Assembly (NCBI RefSeq): GCF_003428155.1
Contig: NZ_QLIR01000001.1
Coordinates: 210,001 to 242,000 of the forward strand
DNA from: Fastidiosibacter lacustris
GTDB lineage: Bacteria; Pseudomonadota; Gammaproteobacteria; Francisellales; Francisellaceae
Direction of reading: 5' to 3'
DNA: 32,000 nucleotides
The position numbers were made by a program, and so were the translations under genes. The notes beneath the pieces are model-generated. The model had not been told where the DNA came from. It ran no database searches and worked only from the letters and a program-made list of their open reading frames with translations. Each line of letters opens with the position of its first letter. Within the stretch, counting starts at the first letter, position 1. Below are positions 8,797 to 17,375 of this stretch, piece after piece.

Positions 8797-8825
8797 AAAA
8801 AAGGGGTTCACGGAACTTCAATTTT
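8797..8825. terminator. A-run / hairpin / T-run just downstream of purH (weak candidate bidirectional terminator)
   Basis: The sequence is AAAAAA-GGGGTTC-ACG-GAACTTC-AATTTT. On the plus-strand RNA the stem is 7 bp including 2 G-U pairs. On the minus-strand RNA only GTTC/GAAC pairs, but it is followed by a U6 tract 11 nt after the purH stop. Confidence 0.35.
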
Positions 8826-8836
8826 GCAACGAACTC

Positions 8837-10408
8837 TTAGTGTCTAAAATGTCTTATTCCTGTGAACACCATTGTGATATTGTGTTGATTGGCAGCATCA
8901 ATAACCTCTTGATCACGCATGGAGCCACCAGGCTGAATGATGGCACTAATTCCAGATTGAGCTGCGGCATCAACACCATCTCTAAATGGGAAAAAAGCAT
9001 CTGATGCCATAACTGAATTTTTAACGTTGAGTTTAGCATTTTGAGCTTTTTCAATAGCAATTTTAGAACTAAATACCCGGCTCATTTGTCCTGCACCAAT
9101 GCCAATTGTCATATTGTCTTTGGCGTAAACGATGGCATTAGATTTAACAAATTTCACTACTTTCCACGCAAATAATAAATCTTGCAGCTGTGCTTGTGTT
9201 GGTTTTTTATTGGTGACAATTGTTAGCTCATTAGCGCTGACTGTTCGTATATCTTTATCCTGCACCAATAAGCCACCATCAATTTTTTTAAACTCAAGTT
9301 CATTTGATGTTACACTTTGATTATAACCACAGGCAAGTACACGTACATTAGGCTTTTTAGCAAGTACGATCAGTGCTTCGTGACTAACTTCAGGTGCGAT
9401 AATAACTTCAACAAATTGCCGCTCAATAATAGCTGTTGCTGTTTGAGCATCAAGCATTATATTAAAAGCAATAATTCCGCCAAAGGCTGAGGTTGGATCA
9501 CACTGAAATGCTTTTTGATAAGCTTCAGTTGAGTTGCTGGCTGTCGCTACGCCACATGGGTTAGCATGTTTGACAATAACGCAGCTGGGTAAATCAAAAC
9601 TTTTAACGCATTGAAGAGCAGCGTCACTATCGGCAATGTTGTTATAAGATAATACTTTTCCTTGTAATTGTTTAGCATGAGCAACACAAGCATTTAGATA
9701 GCCTTTTTCAATGTAAAGTGCTGCTTTTTGATGTGGATTTTCGCCATAACGCATGTCTTCGATTTTTTGATATTGAAGATTAATGGTAGTTGGAAAATTC
9801 TGTTCTTTTTTACCTGTTTGTGGATTGAATTTACCAAGATGGTTAGCTATCATACCATCGTATTGTGCAGTATGTTCAAAGGTCTTGCACGCAAGTTTAA
9901 AGCGTGTCTGAAAATCAAGTGCACCATTGTTCGTAGCAAGTTTATTTGCAACCTCACTATAATCGTTAGGGTCACAAATAACAGCTACATCTTGGTGATT
10001 TTTAGCAGCAGAGCGAAGCATTGTAGGACCGCCAATGTCGATGTTTTCAATCGTGTCTTCAAAAGTGACGTTAGGTTTCTCAATCGTTTGTTTGAAAGGA
10101 TAGAGATTAACAATAACAAGATCAATTGAACGAATATCGTGTTGTTGCATTACTTGATCATCTATACTACGTCGTCCTAATAATCCTCCGTGTATTTTCG
10201 GATGAAGTGTTTTCACTCGACCATCCATCATTTCAGGAAATCCTGTATAATCAGACACTTCGATAACGGGAATGTTTGCATCACTTAATAGTTTTGCCGT
10301 ACCTCCAGTGGATAGAATTTCGATATTAAGCTTATGTAATTGATGGGCAAATTCAATGATATTGGTTTTATCAGAAACGCTGATCAAAGCGCGTTTAATC
10401 GATCTCAT
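8837..10408 (-). CDS. purH: Bifunctional AICAR formyltransferase / IMP cyclohydrolase
   Basis: 523 aa with full-length PurH similarity (N-terminal [12 protein letters not shown]-like domain, [11 protein letters not shown]-terminal AICARFT domain ending GIRHFRH). A GGAGAA SD precedes the ATG. Confidence 0.97.
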   Translation of the reverse strand: MRSIKRALISVSDKTNIIEFAHQLHKLNIEILSTGGTAKLLSDANIPVIEVSDYTGFPEMMDGRVKTLHPKIHGGLLGRRSIDDQVMQQHDIRSIDLVIVNLYPFKQTIEKPNVTFEDTIENIDIGGPTMLRSAAKNHQDVAVICDPNDYSEVANKLATNNGALDFQTRFKLACKTFEHTAQYDGMIANHLGKFNPQTGKKEQNFPTTINLQYQKIEDMRYGENPHQKAALYIEKGYLNACVAHAKQLQGKVLSYNNIADSDAALQCVKSFDLPSCVIVKHANPCGVATASNSTEAYQKAFQCDPTSAFGGIIAFNIMLDAQTATAIIERQFVEVIIAPEVSHEALIVLAKKPNVRVLACGYNQSVTSNELEFKKIDGGLLVQDKDIRTVSANELTIVTNKKPTQAQLQDLLFAWKVVKFVKSNAIVYAKDNMTIGIGAGQMSRVFSSKIAIEKAQNAKLNVKNSVMASDAFFPFRDGVDAAAQSGISAIIQPGGSMRDQEVIDAANQHNITMVFTGIRHFRH

Positions 10409-10616
10409 TGGTTTGATTCTCCAAAAGTGAGAGTTAAAAGCGTTTGAATTGTAACATGGATTTATACTTTAAGCGGTTATAATTTATAGTTTTTACCAAG
10501 AGAATGGTATTTGTACAATTTATATGTCAAGTTAATGAATTTAAGACATAATTAACTTCTACTTTTTATCGTTTTGTTTTTTTATCTTAAGGTAATGTTA
10601 AAAATAATTTTATTTT

Positions 10617-10925
10617 GTGATTAAATCCTGTTATCTCTCCAGCCAAGCGCCTTTTCAAGGCGATTGTACTAGACACGTTGCGATTTGGACAGCTGCCATA
10701 TTAAATGGTGTGAACCCCAAAAGCATAAGAAATTACGATAGCTTGCTTAGCAAATATTTTGATCCATTCATTAAAAAAGGTTATGGGGCATATAAGCCAA
10801 TAATAAAAAATTCTGCTTTGGGCGACTTAGTCGAAAAAGATGATTTTGAACAGATTTTCTCCTCAGAAAGAATGCTTCAGCAGCAATCTCAAGTAGTAAA
10901 CCATGATTCTAATTTTTCTATTTAA
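10617..10925 (+). CDS. Hypothetical ORF (102 aa), coding status doubtful
   Basis: This is the only ORF of 60 aa or more in the 620-nt purH/ruvX gap. It has a GTG start, no recognisable SD and no in-frame ATG until residue 86. I recognise no family. Confidence 0.25.
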   Translation: MIKSCYLSSQAPFQGDCTRHVAIWTAAILNGVNPKSIRNYDSLLSKYFDPFIKKGYGAYKPIIKNSALGDLVEKDDFEQIFSSERMLQQQSQVVNHDSNFSI

Positions 10926-11028
10926 AGTTTTATAAATACAGGCGTTCACGTCAATTTTTCAAAGATCTTGCAACTATAACTGGCCATTAATTAATATAAT
11001 TTTGCTATTGAAGGCATTTATGGTAGAT

Positions 11029-11448
11029 TCAATGCTCATTCATCCATGTTTCAAGTATAACACAAGCAGCCAAAGCGTCGACTTTTAAGTGGCGGTTAGA
11101 TTTATTTTGTACTTCTTCTAAACGCCAACGTGCTTCGCGTGTTGAAAATGTTTCTGGAATTAAATGAACAGGTTTTTGATAACGTTGTTTAATTTTCTCT
11201 GCAAACGCGCGGGTTTGTTCTGTGATTTTGGTTTCTTGATCTTTGGCATCAATTGGTAAACCAATCACAATGTCAGTGGGGCGCCATTGTTTAATGATTT
11301 TATCTAATTCCTTCCATTGAGGCTCACCTTTTTTAGCAGATATTGTGGCAATAGGAGTGGCAGTTTTGGTGATCATTTGACCACTTGCAACGCCAATGCG
11401 TGAATTACCAAAATCAAATCCGATAAGTTTATGCATGACCAAAGCCAT
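11029..11448 (-). CDS. ruvX: Pre-16S rRNA nuclease / putative Holliday junction resolvase YqgF
   Basis: The RNase H-fold YqgF signature is present (GFDFGNSRIGVASGQ, and VIGLP near the middle). An alternative start at ATG 11436 (MHKLIGFDFG) would overlap the yqgE stop as ATGCATAA. Confidence 0.9.
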   Translation of the reverse strand: MALVMHKLIGFDFGNSRIGVASGQMITKTATPIATISAKKGEPQWKELDKIIKQWRPTDIVIGLPIDAKDQETKITEQTRAFAEKIKQRYQKPVHLIPETFSTREARWRLEEVQNKSNRHLKVDALAACVILETWMNEH

Positions 11449-12001
11449 GGTAAAGCTGTGCAGGACCCTTTAAACCAGCAAGGTTAAAAGTTTGTTCCCA
11501 CTTAAAATGATCTTCTTTAGCAAAAAGAATATCATGATTAATCTGTGTGTTAAGCCAGCTATTTTGCTTAAATTCATTTAATAATTGATCATGCGCCCAA
11601 TTGCTGTAACCTGCAATAATAAGGTATTGTTTAGGTGTAATATTCTGCGCAAGGTCAAGTAAAATATTAGGGCTTGTGGTAACAATGAGCTCATCGGTAA
11701 TTTGAATGCTTGAGTCATAGCTATGCGAGTATGGTGTGCGATATAAAACAAAGACATTTTTAATATTCACAGGTCCACCAACATGAATGGACTTGGTTAA
11801 CACATCATGGTTGGTATGACTATAATCAATCTGTAATTCTTTAAATAAATCTTTTAGTTTATGTTTAAGTGGTTTATTAACCATGAGTCCCACTACACTG
11901 TGTTTATCATCTTGATACATAACAATAACAGAACGTTCAAATGTACGATCCTGCAAATTAGGCATAGCAATTAAAAATTGATTTGTTAAGCTATAGAACA
12001 T
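11429..12001 (-). CDS. yqgE: UPF0301 protein YqgE/AlgH family
   Basis: The N-terminal motif FLIAMPNLQD..F.RSV..... and VNKPL are conserved, and yqgE-yqgF adjacency is conserved. The ATG at 12001 (MFYSLTNQFLIAMP...) gives the normal length of about 190 aa. The longer ORF reaching 12106 would overlap mutT and is probably an artefact. Confidence 0.87.
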   Translation of the reverse strand: MFYSLTNQFLIAMPNLQDRTFERSVIVMYQDDKHSVVGLMVNKPLKHKLKDLFKELQIDYSHTNHDVLTKSIHVGGPVNIKNVFVLYRTPYSHSYDSSIQITDELIVTTSPNILLDLAQNITPKQYLIIAGYSNWAHDQLLNEFKQNSWLNTQINHDILFAKEDHFKWEQTFNLAGLKGPAQLYHGFGHA

Positions 12002-12032
12002 ATGTTTAAAGTTACTTAAGTTATTCAGACTA

Positions 12033-12446
12033 ATGATTTTAATCAAAGTTGCGATAGGAGTCATATTAAATGACCAAAAAAACCAAGTTTTTTTAACAAA
12101 ACGCAAAGAAAGTCAACATTTAGCAGGTTTATGGGAATTTCCGGGTGGAAAAATTAAGCCTAATGAAAGTCCCGAAGCTGCATTAATACGTGAATTAAAG
12201 GAAGAAGTAGGAATCTATGCTAAGAATATTAGACTTCTTATGGTTAAAACCCATAACTATGGCGATAAAGTAGTGGAGCTTAATTGTTATATTGTAAACT
12301 CCTATAGTGATCTCCCTATGCCAAAAGAGAATCAACAAGGCAAGTGGATTCTTATTGAGATGCTAAGTAGACTTAAGGTTCCTCGCGCTAATCATGAAAT
12401 TATTGAAGCGCTATTACAACAATTAAACTCTAGCGGTAATATATGA
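12033..12446 (+). CDS. mutT: NUDIX hydrolase, MutT-like 8-oxo-dGTP diphosphatase
   Basis: 137 aa with the Nudix box GLWEFPGGKIKPNESPEAALIRELKEEVGI. Length and layout resemble E. coli MutT (VAIGVI..... .FLTKR). Confidence 0.85.
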   Translation: MILIKVAIGVILNDQKNQVFLTKRKESQHLAGLWEFPGGKIKPNESPEAALIRELKEEVGIYAKNIRLLMVKTHNYGDKVVELNCYIVNSYSDLPMPKENQQGKWILIEMLSRLKVPRANHEIIEALLQQLNSSGNI

Positions 12447-12536
12447 TTATCGTGCAATATTCCGATTAAGAATGATGTTGTGCTGTTTAATCGCAGAAAA
12501 GCTGTCAATGCCAATTAATTTATTTTTGAGCGTTTT

Positions 12537-13412
12537 TTAATGCTTATATTGTTTAAGTAAATCTTGCATGACGATATTGCAAACATTGCGAATCCAGCGG
12601 TTTTTCTTATCATGCTTTAAACGTTCAGGATAAGATAGTTTAAATGGGAACTGAGGTATCTCAAAAGGTAAGGGAAGGTACTTTTTGTTGAAAATTTGAG
12701 TAATTATCGTTGATGTTGTCATGACGTATCTGTCTTGTAGCATTTCTACTGCTGTTCTTAAACTACTGATTTTTAAGCAGATATTACGTGGTTCAGGGCG
12801 ACCAATAATGTCTAAAAGCAGATTGTCACTTGCAAAGACGATATGTGGTAATTTAATATATTCTTCGTAGGTAATTGATTTTTTGCTATCATCAAAATAG
12901 CGATCATGCATGAGCACACTTTGCTCATAGCTATAGACTTCATCGTTATAACCTTCAATATGGGTTGGAATACCTATGATGACATCAGTATTTTTAAAAT
13001 CGTGATCATAGGGTTGTAGACCGGTATACGAAAGCGTTGTGAGATTAATTTTATGCTTATTGTTATAGTTTAAAAACTTTTCAATAATCGCTTTAGCGCA
13101 AATTTCAGTTAATGCTTCAGTCATTTGGATTGTTACAACAGTCTGTGTGGTGTAGGGGTTGAAATCATGATCTGACATTAAGACCAGCATTTCATCTGTA
13201 ATGCGGATAATTGGATTCAGCATATCACTTGCTTTAGGTGTAAGCCTCATTTTATTACCATCACGTACCAAAAGCTCATCTTTAAACATTATTCTAAGTT
13301 TGCCTAAGCGCATGGTAATAGCTGGTTGTGAAACGTTCATAAGCTTTGCGGTAACACTGATGTTCTTCTCAATAAGTAAATGTCGTAAAATGATCAAATC
13401 ACTACTATCCAT
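12537..13412 (-). CDS. LysR-family transcriptional regulator
   Basis: It has an N-terminal winged-HTH (LRHLLIEKNISVTAKLMNVSQPAITMRLGKLR) and a C-terminal substrate-binding-like domain. The ATG at 13412 is preceded by GGAG at a 6-nt spacing. The ORF track starts at a TTG at 13424. Confidence 0.85.
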   Translation of the reverse strand: MDSSDLIILRHLLIEKNISVTAKLMNVSQPAITMRLGKLRIMFKDELLVRDGNKMRLTPKASDMLNPIIRITDEMLVLMSDHDFNPYTTQTVVTIQMTEALTEICAKAIIEKFLNYNNKHKINLTTLSYTGLQPYDHDFKNTDVIIGIPTHIEGYNDEVYSYEQSVLMHDRYFDDSKKSITYEEYIKLPHIVFASDNLLLDIIGRPEPRNICLKISSLRTAVEMLQDRYVMTTSTIITQIFNKKYLPLPFEIPQFPFKLSYPERLKHDKKNRWIRNVCNIVMQDLLKQYKH

Positions 13413-13440
13413 AAATGACTCCAATGAACTATTATTTAGA

Positions 13441-13459
13441 GTTTATATTTTATATAAAC
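13441..13459. promoter_or_regulatory. Inverted repeat GTTTATAT-TTT-ATATAAAC upstream of the LysR gene (candidate LTTR autoregulatory box)
   Basis: 8-bp perfect arms with a 3-nt spacer, 29-47 nt upstream of the LysR ATG. It fits the T-N11-A dyad style of LTTR sites. AT-only dyads are common in AT-rich intergenic DNA, so the call is weak. Confidence 0.25.
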
Positions 13460-14214
13460 CATAGCAGAAGTTTTTGTAAATGCTATTTTTGATTATATTT
13501 TAAACTATGTTCTGTGAACCAAATAGCTTGGTGATTGGCAGGTTATAAGTGCAAACAAAACAACACAACCAATCACATTGAAGATTATAACGATAAACCA
13601 ACAAAATTTGTAAGCGAGTTTATTAGCTTTTTAGCAAAAGTGTTGCCCAAATTGCTTATTTTAAAACTCACAGACTGGAAGCTTGAACTCTAAAGTTCAG
13701 TTATATTTACCCATCTACGCATATAATAAGGACTGACGTTATGAGTTTAAGTAGTAGCTAAAGACATATTTTGTTTGACTCTACAAGGCGATTTTTGGAT
13801 ATATCAAGATACATTAATCAGTATATTAATTAGGGCATACCAAATTGTAATTTCCAAACTTGATCTATCAAAATATAGATAATGGCACTAATGCGAGTGG
13901 CAACTACTGATATGGTTGCTACCTTATCACTTACAGATCAAACCATCATATTTACTTCGCTAGAATTCCTTCATGCACTACTTATCTATAGCACTTATTT
14001 CTTATGTTACGGTAGACATGTCAAATTTACTGTTTATATTAACTGCATCTCTTCTATTACTAAGTGTGATCACTGGGATTCTAGTAAGAGCCTCCAAATC
14101 TAAGTAAGACTAAACATGTAATGATAAGAATTTATAAATTTACTTGCAATATGGAGTAGTTTTGTTCAGACTACGGTTTTAAGATGATGACAAATTATTG
14201 AGTAAATTATAGAC

Positions 14215-14655
14215 ATGGAATTATATTCAGATAATAAGATTCAAATTTTTGATGTACTTAATCGTATCCTAGAATTAGAGATGGCTGGTGTTGTCAGATA
14301 TACTCATTATTCTTTAATGATCATTGGTCATGGTCGAATTCCGATCGTGAGTTGGATGCGTTCACAAGCACAAGAAAGTCTCAATCATGCGACACAGGCA
14401 GGGGAAATGATCACACATTTTGGTCAACATCCATCGTTAAAAATTGCAACCTTAACTGAAACCCATAAGCATAATATTGATGAGATTTTAAAAGAAAGCT
14501 TGGAACATGAACATCTAGCCTTAAAGCTTTATCGTGAGTTATTAAAACTTTCAGAAGGTCAGTCAATCCTCTTGGAGGAATATGCAAGAGGCTTAATTGT
14601 TGAAGAGGAAACACATATAGGCGAAGTAGAGAAGATGCTGAAAAAGCCAGTATAG
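14215..14655 (+). CDS. Ferritin-like / bacterioferritin-family protein
   Basis: 146 aa four-helix-bundle pattern that aligns by eye without gaps to E. coli Bfr. This includes E18 (ILELEM), H54 (NHA), E94 (LEHEHL) and E127-x-x-H130 (EEETHIGEVE). Confidence 0.8.
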   Translation: MELYSDNKIQIFDVLNRILELEMAGVVRYTHYSLMIIGHGRIPIVSWMRSQAQESLNHATQAGEMITHFGQHPSLKIATLTETHKHNIDEILKESLEHEHLALKLYRELLKLSEGQSILLEEYARGLIVEEETHIGEVEKMLKKPV

Positions 14656-14687
14656 CTTTACTGATTAGGTTTTTGGTTAGTTTTTAA

Positions 14688-15545
14688 TTATGATTGAGTG
14701 GTCATCGTTGTTACGGTATTTGCAATATGCACTGTGCGCTGTGGAAAGGGAATTTCAATATTGTTTTCATCAAAACAAAGTTTAACAGACTCATTTAGAT
14801 GCCATTTTGTTTCAAAGTAATCAGCTCTGTTTGTCCAATAGCGAACAATTAAGTTGACACTATTATCTCCAAGCGCGTCAACACGTACGATAGGTTGTTT
14901 ATCATCGATTTTAATGATTTTTTCATTTTGATCAACTAATTGTTGCAATAGCTTTTTGGCAAGTAATAGATCACTACTATAACCAATACCAATGATAAAA
15001 TCATTGCGGCGAAATTCATTGTTTGAAAAATTAGTAATAATGCGAGAAGTGACAAGGCTATTAGGGACTTTTATTTCTCTCCCATCTGTTGTCCTAAGTG
15101 TACAAAAAACAAAACTAATGCTTTCTACAGTGCCAGATGTACCACCTAGATCAACAAATTCTCCAATCTTAAAAGGACGAGTAGAAACGATCATAATACC
15201 AGAGACGACAATATTAGCAGATGTTCTAAGCGACATACCAATACCAACAAGTACAGCAGCAATGCCTGCGGTGAAAGGTGTCGTAGAAATACCAAGCGTA
15301 TTTAAGGCAATCAGGATGACAAAGATAACCAAAAAGACGTGCATGATTTGCATCAAAAACATGGTTACAGCTTTATCTAATCGAGTCTTAAACAATACTT
15401 TTTGAGTATTATTTTTGATGATTTTGGCAGCAATTAAGCCAACTACCAGAATAATAATTGCAATGACTATTTGTGGTAAGTATTCAAGGATTAAGTTTAA
15501 TAGCCACTGAAAATATTGATTAAAGTTTTGGATGCTCATCTCCAT
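14688..15545 (-). CDS. Small-conductance mechanosensitive channel (MscS family)
   Basis: 285 aa with three N-terminal TM helices followed by the MscS beta-domain signature (RPFKIGEFVDLGGTSGTVESISFVFCTLRTTDGREIKVPNSLVTSRIITNFS). AGGA lies 8 nt upstream of the ATG. Confidence 0.9.
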   Translation of the reverse strand: MEMSIQNFNQYFQWLLNLILEYLPQIVIAIIILVVGLIAAKIIKNNTQKVLFKTRLDKAVTMFLMQIMHVFLVIFVILIALNTLGISTTPFTAGIAAVLVGIGMSLRTSANIVVSGIMIVSTRPFKIGEFVDLGGTSGTVESISFVFCTLRTTDGREIKVPNSLVTSRIITNFSNNEFRRNDFIIGIGYSSDLLLAKKLLQQLVDQNEKIIKIDDKQPIVRVDALGDNSVNLIVRYWTNRADYFETKWHLNESVKLCFDENNIEIPFPQRTVHIANTVTTMTTQS

Positions 15546-15635
15546 AAATGCATTCCTAATTTAAGATTTTATGTTTTGTAGTGGCTTATAAAGATACAAG
15601 AAGTAGGAAATAGTGCAAGTTGAAAATTGCTTATT

Positions 15636-17117
15636 TTAATCAATCACTTCATTGATTTGGTGACTATCTGTTTTACTGGCGCTATGTATATATTTATTTA
15701 AGAATGGGCGCGATAACCACATTAATAATGCAATAACAAGAGTTACAATTCCAATTTGTGCAAAGACACTTGTATAAACGTGCAAGCTTTCAAGTGTGGT
15801 TAATTCTATACCTGTTGGCGGAGAGGTTAGGTTTCCTACATAAGCACCCAAAGGTCCTGCAAGCATACTTGTTAGAAACCATATTCCCATTACAAATCCT
15901 GACATAGCACGTGGGCAAAGTTCCGCAACCATTGCAATACCAAGACCGGATACCAATAGCTCACCAATAGATTGTAATGTATAAGTTAAAACCATCCACC
16001 AAGGAGAGGCTAAACCTGTTTCTGCTGCTGTGAAGCGTGGTAGATATAAAACTAAGAAAGCAAGACCACATAAAGTCATACCAAAACAGAATTTAGTTAC
16101 ATGTGTACCTGGAATTTTTTTATAGAGCACTGCTAAAATGGGTGAAACAATAACGATGACAAGAGGATTTAGAACTTGATAAGATGCAGCGGGGATTACC
16201 CAGCCAAAAACATTATTATCAATATTATGAAGTGCAAAGAAGGTCAGTGAAGTTGGCATTTGGTTGTATAAAACAAAGAACACAATTCCTTCTAGGATTA
16301 GTAAGAAAGCAATCAGCATTCTAGTACGGTCAGAGCCTTTAAGTGACAGTGCAGTTTTTAGGAAGTATAAGAAGCCACCAGCTACAACGATGTATACAAT
16401 GGTATAGCAAATTGTGGTGTGTGGTAACAACTTGCCAAACACAATAACGGCAACAATTGAAGTAACAATTACAGTGATTAAACGTCCAAAAACCATTGGC
16501 TTGGCGCCTGCTTCCGTAGAGATTGAACCAAGTACTTTGTAAAACACGAAATAATTTAATAGTCCAAGCAGTAAGCCAAAAGAACTGATCCAAAAGGCTG
16601 CTTCCCAGCCGAACTGTTGAGCGGCAATAGGGGCAATAAGAATAGAAACAAACGAACCTAAGTTAATTGCCATGTAATATAAAGTCATTGCACCATCTAA
16701 TGCAGGATCTCCTTTTTCATAAAGTTTAGAGATTAATGAAGAGGGATTTGCTTTAAAAAGAGCATTACCAACGATGATACCACCAAGTGCATAAAAAATG
16801 GTATCTTGATTGGATAAAGCTAAGGCAATATAAGAAATAAGTAATATAATTGCACCTAAAGCAACCGTGCGTTTTGCTCCTAAGTATTTGTCACCAACGT
16901 AGCCCCCCACCCAAACAAAGCCATACACAAAAGCCGAAAAGGAACCAAAGGTATAAATACTGAGCTCTTGGCTAAAGCCTAAGTAGCTAACAAAATAAAG
17001 TGCTAGAATTGCTTGCGTGGCATAATAACCAAAACGTTCCCATAATTCAATTCCCCAGATTACCCAAAATGGTTTAGGCAAGCCACGTGAGGCAAGGACC
17101 TCATTAGACATATTCAT
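15636..17117 (-). CDS. Proton-dependent di-/tripeptide transporter (POT/PTR2 family, MFS)
   Basis: 493 aa polytopic protein with the POT signature ELWERFGYY (ExxERFxYY) and GGYVGDKYLGAKRTV. The second ATG, at 17111, has better SD spacing (AAGGGG then 6 nt) and may be the true start. Confidence 0.92.
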   Translation of the reverse strand: MNMSNEVLASRGLPKPFWVIWGIELWERFGYYATQAILALYFVSYLGFSQELSIYTFGSFSAFVYGFVWVGGYVGDKYLGAKRTVALGAIILLISYIALALSNQDTIFYALGGIIVGNALFKANPSSLISKLYEKGDPALDGAMTLYYMAINLGSFVSILIAPIAAQQFGWEAAFWISSFGLLLGLLNYFVFYKVLGSISTEAGAKPMVFGRLITVIVTSIVAVIVFGKLLPHTTICYTIVYIVVAGGFLYFLKTALSLKGSDRTRMLIAFLLILEGIVFFVLYNQMPTSLTFFALHNIDNNVFGWVIPAASYQVLNPLVIVIVSPILAVLYKKIPGTHVTKFCFGMTLCGLAFLVLYLPRFTAAETGLASPWWMVLTYTLQSIGELLVSGLGIAMVAELCPRAMSGFVMGIWFLTSMLAGPLGAYVGNLTSPPTGIELTTLESLHVYTSVFAQIGIVTLVIALLMWLSRPFLNKYIHSASKTDSHQINEVID

Positions 17118-17375
17118 CCCCTTAAAACATTATAAAGTTGAACAAAATATAAACTTCCATTGCCCATCATTCCGCAGTATTTTTTGAAGCACGATGGGTA
17201 ATAGGTATGTTTGGCTGGAAATACTAAAGCTTATTGTGTATTCTCAGTTTGCTTTATTGGTCAGCGCAGTTCCCTGTTAGAGGTACTAACTTCAAACCTC
17301 CTATCCTGGAATAGTTATAAATTGTTTTGAAAGTGAAAGCAACTGTTTAGTTGTAATTTATTACAGGTGCTCACG

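Noticed and set aside
10939-10959. CAGGCGTTCACGTCAATTTTT (10939-10959) resembles CAGGTGCTCACGTCATTT at the prmA stop (17364-17381), and partly resembles GTTCACGGAACTTCAATTTT after purH (8806-8825). This suggested a possible small dispersed repeat.
   Set aside because: The matches are about 18-20 nt long with mismatches and a gap. A rough estimate of the number of pairwise comparisons in a 32-kb window, both strands, suggests such matches are expected by chance. One copy is constrained coding sequence. There are no flanking inverted or direct repeat structures.
12463-12493. 7-bp inverted repeat CGATTAA...TTAATCG with a 17-nt loop between convergent mutT and the LysR gene, considered as a possible terminator.
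   Set aside because: The stem is short and AT-rich, the loop is large, and no U-tract follows directly. It is not distinguishable from background dyads in AT-rich DNA.
13882-14103. 73-aa ORF in the LysR / ferritin-like spacer.
   Set aside because: It has no SD, its composition is odd (MALMRVATTDMVATLSL...CYGRHVKFTVYINCISS), it shows no family resemblance, and it is surrounded by stop-dense DNA. I treat it as part of the possibly decayed spacer rather than as a gene.
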